Shown here: positions 1-11,158 of the stretch, in pieces | How positions within the stretch are numbered: position 1 is the first letter of the stretch | How the letters are laid out: each line of letters begins with the position of its first letter | From: an uncultured Actinomycetota bacterium | GTDB lineage: Bacteria > Actinomycetota > Actinomycetes > Streptosporangiales > Streptosporangiaceae | Length of the DNA stretch: 64,000 bases | Reading direction: 5' to 3' | NCBI GenBank assembly: GCA_963805715.1 | Contig: CAWDVK010000013.1 | Span: 80,352 to 144,351 of the forward strand | Program-made: the position numbers and the translations under genes | Notes under the pieces: model-generated | Database searches by the model: none | What the model was told of the DNA's origin: nothing | What the model saw: the letters and a program-made list of their open reading frames with translations, nothing else

Positions 1-830
1 GCGTAAGCACTGGCGCTGGTCATGCCGCCGAAGAACTGAGCGCAGGTAGACGTCCCGCTCAGGCACCAGGCACTGGGCCGGTGGGCCAGGCTGCTGGTGT
101 CGGCCGCGTAGGTCCACTCGTAGGTGTTGGTCAGGGTGGAAGAAGCCGTGCCGGTGCCGAAGATATCGGACCACACCGCCGGGCTGGAGTAGACGCCGGC
201 CTTGTAGGACGAATGGGCCGTCAGGTAATCCGCGAAGCCGTTGAACTCGGCCCGGTCCACGCTGGCCGCGATGTAAGTGGCCTTGACCCGGCCGCTGCAG
301 GCCGAGGTGTAGACGTCGTTCCAGCCATTATCCAGGGCCGGGTCGAAAACCGTGCTGCCCGGCATCTCAACGTCCATGAAGACCACCGGGTACTTGACCA
401 CCCCGCTGGCCTTGATCGCGGCAATCGCGTCAGCTGCCTGCTGGGCGCCCCAGGCGCTTGCCTCGGCCGTGGTGCCGTTGTACTTAGGGTCGACGCCGGG
501 GCCGCCCATGAACCAGTAGGCGCCGGTCCCGACGCCGTCGCTCCTGGCGAAGTTGGCATTGGCCTGCGAGGCGTTGGCGGATGACCAGGCGAGCGTGTAG
601 GCCTTGCAGCCCACCGACTTGGCCCAGTCCCCGATCATGCCGATGTATCCGCCGTAGGTGCCGATGCCGTCCGGCATCGAGTAGGGCGCCGCCGATCCGA
701 CGATCGCCACCTTGGTGCTGTCGGTGCCGTTCCAGAACCCTACCGGGCCGGCGTCGGCCGTCCCGACGCCGAGCATGAGGGCTGCCGCTAGGGCCGTTAC
801 TGCCGTGATCCACAATCTTCGCGCGCGCAC
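1..830 (-). CDS. Secreted glycoside-hydrolase-fold protein (GH25-like / DUF1906, Rv2525c-like); partial, continues past the window start
   Basis: Hand translation of the minus strand from the GTG at 828-830 gives an N-terminal signal peptide (VRARRLWITAVTALAAALMLGVGTADA) followed by an open frame with no stop down to position 1. Composition resembles (beta/alpha)8 secreted hydrolases. Absent from the ORF track only because no stop lies inside the window. Confidence 0.55.
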   Translation of the reverse strand, partial: MRARRLWITAVTALAAALMLGVGTADAGPVGFWNGTDSTKVAIVGSAAPYSMPDGIGTYGGYIGMIGDWAKSVGCKAYTLAWSSANASQANANFARSDGVGTGAYWFMGGPGVDPKYNGTTAEASAWGAQQAADAIAAIKASGVVKYPVVFMDVEMPGSTVFDPALDNGWNDVYTSACSGRVKATYIAASVDRAEFNGFADYLTAHSSYKAGVYSSPAVWSDIFGTGTASSTLTNTYEWTYAADTSSLAHRPSAWCLSGTSTCAQFFGGMTSASAY

Positions 831-1126
831 TGGCCGGTCTCTTCTCTGACTATTGCCGGCCCGCGGAGGACCGGCCCTCCAGCTCGCACGGTATGTCCCC
901 GGATGTGGCAGGTCAACAGGCCAGAAGGCCCGGCCGCAGCCGGGCCGCCGGGCTCATCCGAGGGCGAACGGGTCTCTGGTGGCGCCCGTGAGCTCGACCC
1001 ACACGGAGTCGTCACGTGACCTCCTCAGCGCGCTGGCGGTATGCCGACGACGATCGCACGCGGTTGTCGCTGATGTCCACCGGGCCGGCGGCTGCCGGCT
1101 GATCACCGGCGCGGACGGGCAGCGGG

Positions 1127-1945
1127 TCAGGCCAGGGCCGGCACGATGGCCTCGATCAGGTGCGGGCCGGGTGCGCGGTTCGCGCGGCGCAGCGCATCCT
1201 GCAGCTCCTCCGCCGTGGTGACGCGGGTGGCGGGCACGCCGAGACCGCGGCTGATCTCGGCGAAGTCCGGCGTCGGGCTGCCCAGCGAGAGCATCCGGGC
1301 CGCCTGCTGGCCGGCCGGGCAGGCGCCGACCCTGGCCAGCTCGAAGTTCAGGATCGCGTAGCTGCTGTTGTTGACCAGGACGGTGGTGACGCCAAGCTGC
1401 TCGCGCGCCTGAGTCCACAGCGCCTGGATCGTGTACAGGGCGCTGCCGTCCGCCTCGATGCACACCACGCGGCGATCCGGGGCGGCGACGGCCGCGCCGG
1501 TGGCCACCGGCAGCCCCTGGCCGATGGCGCCGCCGGTCAGCGTCAGCAGGGTGTGCCGGGCCGCGCCGACCAGGGCCGCGGGCAGGCCGACGCCGGAGGT
1601 ATTGGCCTCGTCGACGACGATGGCGTGTTCCGGCAGGGTCGCGGCGACCGCAGTGGCCAGGTTCCCCGCGGTCAGCGGGCCGGGCGCGGCGGGCCCGGCG
1701 GCCGCCTCCGGCAGGGCGGGCATGGCCTGCGCACCGACCAGCCCGGCGAGCTGCTCCAGGGCCGTCTCGACGTCTTGCGACTGATCGGCCAGCTGCGTGA
1801 CCGAGCAGCCGGCGGGTACCAGGTCGCTGGCTCGGCCGGGGTAGGCGAAGAACGTGACAGGAGAGCGCGCCCCGGCCAGGATCAGGTCATCGACGCCGGC
1901 CAGCTGGGCATCAGCCTGCTCAGGCAGGTACGCCAGCCGCTGCAC
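1127..1945 (-). pseudogene. TPP-dependent enzyme (acetolactate synthase / benzoylformate decarboxylase family), C-terminal TPP-binding half only
   Basis: The 272-aa ORF aligns to the middle-domain end plus the C-terminal TPP-binding domain (CIEADGSALYTIQALWT, VLVNNSSYAILN). The roughly 250-aa N-terminal pyrimidine-binding domain is missing, and only about 170 bp separate this ORF from the next gene. Confidence 0.6.
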
Positions 1946-2120
1946 CGCCGGCAGGCCCGCCCCGCCCTCGACCCGCGCCGGATGAGTCTCGGCCAGCAGC
2001 CTGCGCGCCGATCATGGGTGTTCCCGCCCCGGCGGTGACCGGCTCGTCAGTCATGGGCTGATCCTCTCAGTGGCGGCCGGGCCCGGCGGCCGGGCAGATG
2101 CGCGGCGGGCCCGGCCGCCG

Positions 2121-2937
2121 TCAGGCCGGTGCCGGGCCTGCCTTGGCTGCCGGGCTGCCGCCGGGATGGAACACGCCGAGGACGACCAGCGTGGCCTGCC
2201 CGGTGTTCTCCAGGCAGTGCCGCTGGCCGGGCGGCAGGTGCACGCAGCTGCCTGGCCCCAGATCGTGCACGTCGGGTCCCAGGTGCAGCAGGCCACTGCC
2301 CTGCAGGACGAGCACGACCTCGTCGTACGGGTGGCTGTGATCCCGGGCCCGGCCGGGCGGAATCTCGCCGACGAACTGGGTGGCGGCGGCGCAGCCGCGG
2401 CCGGGACCGAACAGGACACGGAACCGGCGGTCGCCGGTCATCTCCGGCGCGCAGTCATCCAGCCTGTTCACCAGCAGCCCGGCCGGCTCGTCCGCATCCG
2501 GTTCCGGGAGCTGAGCCGGGAGCCGGATGCGGCCCATGGTGACTGCCTCGCTGCCCTGAGCCGATAGCTGAGCCCGGCTGCCCAGGGTGCTCGCCGGCAG
2601 CGAGACCGCGTCCACCTGCATGGCCGCCCCGCCGTCGGGCCGCAGCCGGTAGCGTGACCCGGCAGGCAGCCGGAGTCCCTGGCCCTGGCCGACCGTGACG
2701 GCCGCATGCCCGCCGGCGTCCAGCCGGCCATGCCCGGCGATGATGAACCACAGCTCACCTGCCGGTCCGGCCTGGCCGCGCCATTGCGCTCCGGGCGGGA
2801 CGTCGACCAGCCGCCGGATCAGCCGTCCGGTCTCCGGGCCGCCGGCCGGCCCGGTGGCGGCCAGGACGCGGACAGTGGCGCCGTCCTCGGTGAGCTCGGG
2901 CTCAGCCTCGGCAGCCCGGATGATCGCTGCTGTCACC
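2121..2937 (-). CDS. Bicupin (two cupin barrels) domain protein
   Basis: Two cupin-like motifs are present (GELWFIIAGHGRL and HSHPYDEVVLVLQGSGLLHL). The GTG start overlaps the TGA stop of the upstream aminotransferase (GTGA), which suggests translational coupling. Confidence 0.55.
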
Positions 2938-4117
2938 GGAGCTGGCCTGCGTGCCGGGCCACCAGCGAGCCGAGCACCTGGTTGAAGCGGTCCACCTCGT
3001 CCAGCGTGTTGTAGTGGCTGAGGCCGATGCGCAGTGCCTCGCCCCAGCCGACCCGGTTGTGCAGCGCCAGCGCGTAGTAGCTTCCTGCGCTCCACACGCC
3101 GAAGCCTCGCTGCGCGAGCTCCCCGGACAGCGCGGCTGAGGAGATGCCGGGAAAGTTGATCAGGAAGGTCGGCACCCGGCCGGTCACGCGGGGGAGCCCG
3201 TAGAGGCTCGCGCTGGCCGGGAGCCCGGCCAGCAGCCGCTCGCCTAGCTGCCGCTCCCAGCCCGCAAGCGCAGCGGTGCCGCCGAGACTGTCCAGGTAGC
3301 CGAACGTGGCATTCAGCCCGCCGAGCAGCTCGTAGGGGAGCGTCCCGGTCTCGAAGCGGTGCCCGAGCGGCTCTGTCTGCGCGGGCCTGGCCTTATAGGG
3401 TCGCCAGGATTCCAGCACCTCCCGGCGGCCGTAGCCGATGCCGAGGTGCGGGCCGCAGAACTTGTAGGCGGAGCAGAGCACGATGTCGGCGTCGGCTGCG
3501 CGGACATCGACCGGCTCGTGCGGGGCGTACTGCACGGCATCGATCCAGGCCAGGGCGCCGGCCTGGTGGGCCAGGTCGCAGACGGCCCGCGCGTCCACGA
3601 TGGTGCCGACGGCGTTCGACGCCCAGGGGAAGGCCACCACCCTGGTCCGCGGCCCCAGCTGGCGCTCAAGGTCAGACAGGTCCAGAGTGGTGTCAGCCCG
3701 GACGGCGACGTGCCGCACGATCAGGCCGAGATCGCCGGCCAGCTCGAGCCAGGGTGCAACGTTGGCGTCGTGGTCAAGCTCGGTCACCAGGATCTCATCG
3801 CCCGGCTGCAGGGCCCGGCCCAGCGTCCGGGACAGCGTGAAGTTGAGCGCGGTCATGCTGGCGCCGAAGATGATCTCGTCCGGATCGCAGCCGAGGAACC
3901 GGGCCGATGCCGCCCTGGCGTCGCCCACCACTGCCTCGATGCGCTGGCTGGTGGCGTACGGCGCGCCCGTGTTGCCGCTGGCGTCGCGGTAGACCGCGGC
4001 CACCGCAGCACCGACCTCGTCCGGCGTCTGCGTCCCGCCGGGTGCATCCAGGAACACGAAGCCGCCGTGCAGCGACGCGAATCTCGCCCGGATAGCGGCG
4101 ACATCAACCGAGGACAT
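2934..4117 (-). CDS. Class V aminotransferase / cysteine desulfurase-like PLP enzyme
   Basis: Carries the SAYKFCGPHLG motif (lysine binds PLP) and shows SufS/CsdA-like architecture. The internal ATG at 4117 is preceded by GAGAGGGG; the longer upstream extension of the track ORF is probably not translated. Confidence 0.7.
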
Positions 4118-4633
4118 GCCTGCCCCTCTCAGCCGGGTGGCGTGATAGGCAGTCACGCCCGGCGCCAGCATAGGGTGATCTCGATCGCGCGCGACACGAC
4201 CAAGAACGTGAAGTGGTGGTGCGACGGCAAGATGATCAAACGCTGGTGTGCCGCCGGGGTGCTCAACGCGGAACGCAGCTTCCGCCGGCTCAAGGGCCAC
4301 CGCCAGCCGCGACCCGTCGCTGCGCTCGCCCGTCACCTCGAAGCTGTCACACCGGCATGCGACACTGCGCGAGCCGCATGATATGAACCCGGACCGTCAC
4401 CGAACTTCGGCAACGTTCGGGACATCCTCGCCCGCGGTCGCCCGGCGGGCACTGTCGCCGGAGCAATAAGGGGAGGCCGTCATGAAGGATGAATCAGCAA
4501 GCCCCGGCGGGCCGGCGGCTCGGCCATCTCGCACTGGCCGACCGACACCCCGCAGAAATCAGTGCCATCCGCCTGGCCTGGGAAACCCCAGCCGCATAAC
4601 CGCGAAAGTCGAGCGGACTCCGCGCGTGCCACG

Positions 4634-5002
4634 ATGGCAGGCATGGATCCGGTGAATGTCGACGCCATGCTGGCGCGTTTTGCTGAGCACTGGTCGCCGA
4701 AGAAGATCGCCCAGGTCAACGACTACGACGTGCGGATCGTGAAACTCCAAGGGGACTTCACCTGGCATAAGCACGACGATACCGACGAGATGTTCCTCGT
4801 CCTCAGCGGCGAGCTCACCATCCAGATGCGCGACCGCGACGTGGTCCTCGGGCCGCGCGAGCTCTTCGTCGTGCCGCGAGGCGCCGAGCACTGCCCGCGC
4901 GCCGACACCGAGACCGCAGTTCTACTCCTGGAGCCCAGCAGCGCCGTCAACACCGGCGATGCTGGCGGGAAGTTCACCGCCGAGGTCGAAACGCTGCCCT
5001 GA
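4634..5002 (+). CDS. Cupin domain protein
   Basis: Single cupin barrel (WHKHDDTDEMFLVLSGELTIQM ... VVPRGAEHCP). Divergent from the aminotransferase-bicupin operon. Confidence 0.55.
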   Translation: MAGMDPVNVDAMLARFAEHWSPKKIAQVNDYDVRIVKLQGDFTWHKHDDTDEMFLVLSGELTIQMRDRDVVLGPRELFVVPRGAEHCPRADTETAVLLLEPSSAVNTGDAGGKFTAEVETLP

Positions 5003-5065
5003 CGATCAACCTCATTCCTGTCTGGGGCAGACGAGCGTGTTTTCGTGGGTGCGGGTCAGTGCTCG

Positions 5066-5302
5066 TTACGGCTCAGCCCGCATTCGGGCTTCGTAGGCGG
5101 CAAATGGTTCAAGCCCGGCTTCTGCGCGGCGCTCGTCCAGTCGTTGTGGACGCTCGATAGGGAAAGGGCCGAACTTCCCGCCGGTGACGGTGAACTGGGT
5201 GCCATAAAGCTGGGGCTGCCCCTGCGGCGGCGGAATCAGCTGGCGGGCCCGCTGATCCTCATCACGCCGGGTCAGCAGTTCCCGCCGGAGTTCCTCATCC
5301 AC
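5066..5302 (-). CDS. Hypothetical small protein
   Basis: 78-aa ORF with non-biased composition in an otherwise empty gap. No recognisable family. Confidence 0.2.
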   Translation of the reverse strand: MDEELRRELLTRRDEDQRARQLIPPPQGQPQLYGTQFTVTGGKFGPFPIERPQRLDERRAEAGLEPFAAYEARMRAEP

Positions 5303-5629
5303 GCAGCCATTTCACCCGACCCCTGCCCGCAGGGGAAACTGACGTGAGACAAGATCGTCACGCCGAAACCCTGAACGAGCCCGGCGCGGCAGGTCCGCGC
5401 GTTGCCACGGCGAGACAGCTATGGATCAACATGCAGACTGGGATGGTCTGCAGCCGGTGCACGCCACGGGCGGGAAGTCGCCGCGGCGGGGGTCAGCGTG
5501 CGCGCCAGCGGCAGCCTGCAGGCAAGGCCTGGTCGGCGCTGCGCGAGGGCGCCTGGGCGGAGCGCTGATGGCGTACGTGCTGCGGGCCGGGCACGGCCGG
5601 GATGTCGCGAACCTCACGGCTGGGCGCGA

Positions 5630-6627
5630 TCAGGCTGGCGGGTAAGACAAGCCGATCTGCCGGCGGACCTCGTCCATTGCCTGCATGATCGTGTACGTCT
5701 CATCCAGCGGGAGCAGCGGACTCTCCAGCAGCCCTGCGCGAAGGCAGCGGCCCACCTCGGAGGCCTCGCCGCGCAGCCCGCGCCCTTCATACGCTTCTTC
5801 GAAGCGCTCCAGTTCGGTGCCGTCACGCGCGATCACGCGGAACGCGGTCGGCGTGTAAAACCAGCCGTCGATCTCTATCCTCGCCGCCGTGCCGTAAATG
5901 GCGGCGGGGTTGCCCGATGCGGCCAGCAAGGTCGTGGTCAGCACCGCGTGGGCGCCGCTGTCGTACTGGAAGATCATCGAGGTCGTGGCGTCAACGCCGG
6001 TAAACGCCGGATAGCTGACCGCCGTGATCCGCGTCGGCACGCCAAGCACCAGGCTCGCGAACGAGACCGGGTATATGCCAAGGTCCAGCAAGGCCCCGCC
6101 GCCCAGTTCCGGCGCGAACAGCCGGAACTGCGGATCCTGGGCGAACCACTGCCCGTGCTCGGCGGTCAGGTATACGACATCGCCGAGCGTTCTCGCGGCG
6201 AGGATCTCACGCACCCGCGCAATGTGCGGCAGGAAGCGCGTCCACATTGCTTCCATGAGGAACGTTCCCTGGTCGCGCGCGGCGTCGATCATCTCGCGCG
6301 CCTGAGCGGCGTCCATGGCGAACGGCTTCTCGACGAGCACGGCCTTACCCGCGTTGATCGCGAGCAGCGCGGCGTCGTGATGGCCGGGGTGAGGCGTTGA
6401 CACGTACACGGCATCGACATCCGGATCGTTGACGAGAGCCTGGTAGCTCGCGTGCCGGTGCGGTACGCCGAATTCGTCCCCGAACGCGTCCGCCGAAGCC
6501 CGGGACCGTGACCCGACGGCGACAACCTCACAGTCGGGCTGCAGCGCGAGATCCCGCGCGAAGGCATGGGCGATGCCGCCCGTAGCGAGGATTCCCCAGC
6601 GAATCGGACGGTCATCCGGTTGCTTCA
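5630..6627 (-). CDS. Gfo/Idh/MocA family NAD(P)-dependent oxidoreductase
   Basis: Rossmann N-terminus RWGILATGGIAHAFARDL plus the EKP motif. Internal start MKQPDD is preceded by GAGGAG. The upstream 115 codons of the track ORF are probably not coding. Confidence 0.75.
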
Positions 6628-6983
6628 TCCGATTGCTCCTCTGGCGGGTAACCTGGCAGCGCAGCCGCCCTGAACGCCCTGTGTCTAGTCCCACCTGACG
6701 CGCGATCGGCGGCATGAGCGCGCAGGCCAGGGCAGGGCGATCATGGATAAGCCCTGGGCTGGGTGCGTGGTCGGTCCGGATCACGTTGTTCTGCGGTGTC
6801 TGGCTCCCGTGTGCGAGACCCTGGGTTTGGAGCAGCACGATAGCGGATCTGGCCTGGCGGCCGCGGTCAGGGGTGCTGGTGGCTGGGTCTGGCCGCAGCC
6901 CTTCCCCTGTGGCAGGGCACCACCGAGCTGCTTTGCGACGAAGATCAAGAACCGCGCGCCAAGGCGGCGCCACGCAGCGGTCT

Positions 6984-7019
6984 TCACGGATAGCTGAACT
7001 GACGCTATCCGTGAAGATC
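6984..7019. terminator. Perfect 14-bp inverted repeat hairpin (tcttcacggatagc / gctatccgtgaaga, 8-nt loop)
   Basis: Seen directly in the sequence, about 176 bp downstream of the 3' end of the DUF4386 gene on the minus strand. No U-tract follows. Confidence 0.35.
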
Positions 7020-7194
7020 GCTGCCGACCTGGGCTTCGGGTCCGAGATATGCCCCCAGCCCCTGACGGTGCCCGCCTCGGCGACCGGCCGATGAGCCGGT
7101 ACTTCCAGTGTTTCAGCCTGTCTGGGCCGCGCCTGCCTTTTGCCGTGTCTGGTACACCGATATCGCTGCCTCCTGGGACTTATGTTGTCGGGGG

Positions 7195-7923
7195 TTAGGC
7201 GGTGACGTCGCGGTTGGCGGGTGGGGTGTTGGCGGCGTCCATTGCAGCGGTGATCGGGGAGGGCTTGAAGCCCTTCACGACCAGCCAGATGCCTAGCGAC
7301 AGCTCCCAGGCAGCTACCGGGAGTGCGGCGAGCGTGGCCGCGGAGGGGGGTGGCACGCTGCCGCTGAGCAGCGTTGCGATGACGGCGGCGATGAGCAGGG
7401 GGGCTCCGATGAGTCCGAGCACGGGGATGATGCGGGGCACGAGCCGGGACCGGTACAGCAGGGAGCCCAGCAGCAGGGCGTTGATGCCCGGCATGAGGCT
7501 CTGTCCGAGCAGGAACGTCCAGTTGTAGATCGCGACGTGCGACGCGCCGGTGGTGACGAGCGCGGCCGCATGTGCTCCGGCCGCTCCGCCGAGGTCCTGT
7601 CGCAGGGTCACCAGCGAAAGGAGGCTGACGACGCCGGTGAAGATCATTCCGGCTTCCAGGACGCGAGCGGCGGCGAAGCCCAGCGCGGCGCCCTCGTTCT
7701 GCCGCTTGACGACCGGGTACAGGGTGACGGCGGTGCCGATGCAGGCGAGGGCGACGATCACCTCGAGGAAGCCGCCCGCGAGCACGGCAGTGTGGCCGCC
7801 GGAGCCGAGGATCCAGTCCCGGTGGTTCTTCACGGGGCCGTAGAGGGCGAGTGTGGGGATCGAGATGAAGGTGATGAGGTAGAAGATGCCCGCGACGAGC
7901 GCGGTCTTCCTTGTCGAGCTCAT
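7195..7923 (-). CDS. DUF4386 family membrane protein
   Basis: N-terminus MSSTRKTALVAGIFYLITFIS followed by multiple hydrophobic helices, typical of DUF4386. A start at 7977 is also possible. Confidence 0.55.
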   Translation of the reverse strand: MSSTRKTALVAGIFYLITFISIPTLALYGPVKNHRDWILGSGGHTAVLAGGFLEVIVALACIGTAVTLYPVVKRQNEGAALGFAAARVLEAGMIFTGVVSLLSLVTLRQDLGGAAGAHAAALVTTGASHVAIYNWTFLLGQSLMPGINALLLGSLLYRSRLVPRIIPVLGLIGAPLLIAAVIATLLSGSVPPPSAATLAALPVAAWELSLGIWLVVKGFKPSPITAAMDAANTPPANRDVTA

Positions 7924-8006
7924 CGGGATTCTTTTCGCCGGCGGCTTCGTTGCCGGGGTTCGGGCGGTGGTGGCCATGTCGGTCTCCTTTTCGTGAGACT
8001 GCTGAG

Positions 8007-8276
8007 TTACCGGGCCTCGGCGGCGGGCGGCCGGGGATGGCCGGGGTCGACGTGATTGACCGAGATCAGGGGCAGGCCCAGGTCCCGCAGTTTCTGGAGC
8101 AAGCCGTAAAGCGCGGCCTGGTCGGCTACCGGGCCATGGATGATGGTGCTGCCGTCGCTCTCGTTGGTCAGGCTCAGCCCGTCAAACCAGGTGGCCCATC
8201 GGGAATCGAGGTGCCCCTTGAGGCGGATCTCGTACTGTCCGGGGCCGTGATAGCGGCCGGTCGATATCTCGCTCAT
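8007..8276 (-). CDS. Conserved small hypothetical protein (89 aa)
   Basis: Non-biased composition (MSEISTGRYHGPGQYEIRLKGHLD...). Lies immediately upstream of, and on the same strand as, the DUF4386 gene, so probably in the same operon. Confidence 0.45.
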   Translation of the reverse strand: MSEISTGRYHGPGQYEIRLKGHLDSRWATWFDGLSLTNESDGSTIIHGPVADQAALYGLLQKLRDLGLPLISVNHVDPGHPRPPAAEAR

Positions 8277-8367
8277 GGTGCTCCTCTTGCTGCTGCTCGC
8301 CTCGCCTGGCTGGATCTCCGCCCACGTTGCGAACGTTCCTGGGTCTGATCGGAAGCTATGAGCGGAT

Positions 8368-8412
8368 GTGGTGAGCAGGCATCACCACACCTGGTGATTG
8401 ATGTGGTGATTC
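8368..8412. promoter_or_regulatory. Operator-like palindrome GTGGTGA-N6-TCACCAC followed by direct repeat GGTGATT-N6-GGTGATT
   Basis: Seen in the sequence, in the 290-bp gap upstream of the 8276 gene start and downstream of the LAL remnant. Confidence 0.3.
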
Positions 8413-8566
8413 AGGCGACGGGGGCGCGGTCGCTGGAGGGCAGCCCGCGCCAGGTCTCCGGCACCCCGCTCACGGCTGTGGGGACATCCGGCTCATCGGA
8501 GGACTGGGCCACCCGCCTTGGGGGTGACCGGCGGACGCCCTGCGCCTGGGGTCCGTGCAGGACGGG

Positions 8567-10415
8567 TCAGGGCTGGCGGCTGCTGGTTCGCGGCAACAGG
8601 TCGAGTTCCGCGGCCCGGCGGACCGCTGCCCTGCGGCTGGTCACCGCGAGCTTGGCGTAGATGTTCTTGGTGTGAGTCCGCATGGTGTTCAGGGACACCA
8701 TGAGCTCGCGGGCGATGGCCGGGCCGTCCAGTTCGGTTCCGAGCAGCCGCAGCACGTCGAGCTCGCGTTCGCTCAGTGGCTCGATCAACGCCTGTTCCCT
8801 GGGGCTGCCGTGGTCGGTCTTGCTCACGGCGGCCAGGAGCCGGCGCACATAGTCCCGCCTGATCCCCTGTTTCGCGGCCGCTCTCAGCAGAGAGGTCATC
8901 GGCGGGCCCTCATCCACGAAAACCCGGACATAGCCCTCCGGCTCGGCCAGCGTGACCGGGCGTTCCAGGGAGGCAAGCGCAGCCGGGATGTCCCCCAGCG
9001 TCTGGTGCGCGAGCGCCTGCAGCACCAGGATCTCAATGACGCGTCCCGTCCTCCCGCCCTCTTCGGCCGCCAGCAGGAGGCGCTCCAACAGCTGGGTGGC
9101 CTCGTGAACGGAGCGCTCTGCACGCTCGCCCTCATGCCGCGCCAAGAACACCCTGGCCAGGGTGATGTGCTCGAACTCGCGCAGGTAACTGAGGTCGTCA
9201 TCAGCGGACAGGCCCTGCTCATTCGCCCAGCCGAGGGCTTCACCGAGTCTGCCCTGCGCGATCCAGGCCCGTGCCGTCAATGCGGGGACTGGCCGTAGCC
9301 GGGTCTGCACACCGTCGAGCTCGCCGCTGACCAGCAGCGCCCACGCGTACGCGACGCTGAGCACGGGCCGGGCGCGGATCAGTTCGCCGGGCAGCACCTC
9401 GAGCCAGCCGCGCACCGCGGCCTCCTGCCTGCCCCTGCGCATTGCCGGGATCGCAAGTTCGACCAGGTCCGCCGCTCGCTCGAAATCCCCGGCGGCCAGT
9501 GCGTGGCTGATGGCCACGGGCTGCTCGCCGTTCTGCTCGTACCACGCGCTCGCCCGCCGGTGCAGGTCCGGCACCTGGCCGGGCTGCTCGTCGAGCAGGC
9601 GCGCCTGCAGCACGTCAGCAAAGAGATGGTGGTAGCGGTACCACCGCCGGCGGTCATCCAGCGGGACCAGGAACAGGTTTCCCCGGTCCAGCGCCTCCAG
9701 CATGGCCTTGCCGCCACCCTGCCCGGTGACCGCATCGCACAGCGGACCGCTCAGCCGGCCCAGGATAGAGGTCTGCAGCAGGAAGGTCTGGACACGGTCG
9801 GACTGACGCTGCAGCACCTCCTCGGCCAGGTAGTCGACGACATAGCGATCATCTCCAGCGAAGCCTGCAATGAAGCCGCCGATGTCGTCTCGCCCCTGCA
9901 TCGAAAGCGCCGCCAGCTGAAGCGCGGCGATCCAGCCCTCGGTACGGGCCTCCAGCACGGCCACGTCCCGCGCCGTCAGCTGCAGGCCCATCATCCCGTT
10001 GAAGTACGCCGCCGCCTCATCAGGGGTGAAGCGCAGCTCGGCCGCGCGGATCTCGGCCAGCTCGCCGCGCGCTCGCAACCCGGCCAGCGGCAACGCTGGA
10101 TCAGCCCGGCCGGCGATCACCACGTGGAGCTGCGAAGGCAGATGATCGAGCAGGAACGCCATGCCGTCCTGCACATCGCCCGCGTCGATGACATGGTAGT
10201 CACCACGCGACCAGCCGCTCATTGCCCGGCGCGGCCGGTCCCGCCGCCAGCCACTCGGTGATCAGCGTCGTCTTGCCGAAACCAGCGGGTGCGGAGACGA
10301 GCATCAACTTCGACGCGGTCCCGCGGTCCAGCCGCTCGCTCAGCCGCGGACGCGGCACCAGATCACGCCGAGACCTCGGGACATACACCTTCATCTCGAG
10401 CAGGGCGGCTGGCAC
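8567..10415 (-). pseudogene. LAL-type (MalT-like ATPase + LuxR HTH) transcriptional regulator, disrupted
   Basis: An N-terminal 71-aa fragment holds the Walker A motif (APAGFGKTTL...ERLVAW) and ends in TGA. The rest continues in another frame from GDYHVIDAGDV (Walker B region) to a C-terminal LuxR HTH (LSERELDVLRLLGTELDGPAIARELMVSLNTMRTHTKNIYAKL). About 60 aa between the AWLSLD-like and DDYH-like regions appear deleted. Confidence 0.7.
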
Positions 10416-11158
10416 AGACCATCTCCTGACCGACGCATCAGCCAGAGAATTCCAGGCTTCTTCGTCCTACCCATTCCTTGCCAGCCAACGACCGATAAGT
10501 CCCGTCATGAACGAGGTTACGGTCAGTGTTGGACTCGTGGCGCCACCCATCCGGGGCGGCCAGCAACGCGTAAGGGACTCGAACCGGCCATGCGGCTCCA
10601 GCAGCTCAACCTGCAGGGAATGAGTACGGTCAGCCGCACGGCGAGGTGCCATCGGGGGCTGATCCTTCCCTATGAGCGGATGCCCTCCATGAGGTCGCGC
10701 TCAGCGCCGGGACGGTCAGCGGCCCCCGAGGCGCTCTCGCTGCTAGCGGCGAGTCCTTCGCCAAAAGATGTTACCCATCTAAAACGGTGACCTTCCGCCA
10801 GGCTATCCCAATTCTGGACGAGCCATCGCGCACCTGCTGACGGTGATTCGTAAGGCAAGTCTTCCTCCGTCAGCGGTCTCTGGCGTTGGCGCCCGTAACT
10901 CGCTCACCGCCATATTCGGCAGATGAACGACCCGAATCCTCCTCCGTCTCGATGACGTGCTCCCCAGCCGGACGGAACTTAGCCGAGATGCGGTGCAACT
11001 GCTCAGAGGAGCCACTGCCGCCGAGCTCGACCACGTAGACACGGATTCCGGCTTTACCTTCTCGTTTAGTATCCGCAGTGGGTAGCCAGTTGAATCCCCG
11101 TCGGGGGTGGCCAACGTCCGTTTGCCGCATGCCGGGACCGTCCCTGCGGACACGGCAA

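Noticed and set aside
5402-6400. 332-aa ORF on the plus strand
   Set aside because: Antisense to the Gfo/Idh/MocA oxidoreductase. Arg-rich, with no family similarity.
10575-10590. Possible tRNA gene (GGTTCGAGTCC-like T-arm on the minus strand)
   Set aside because: No matching T-stem, acceptor stem, anticodon arm or D-arm can be built. About 30 nt separate the motif from the nearest CCA, so at most it is a scar.
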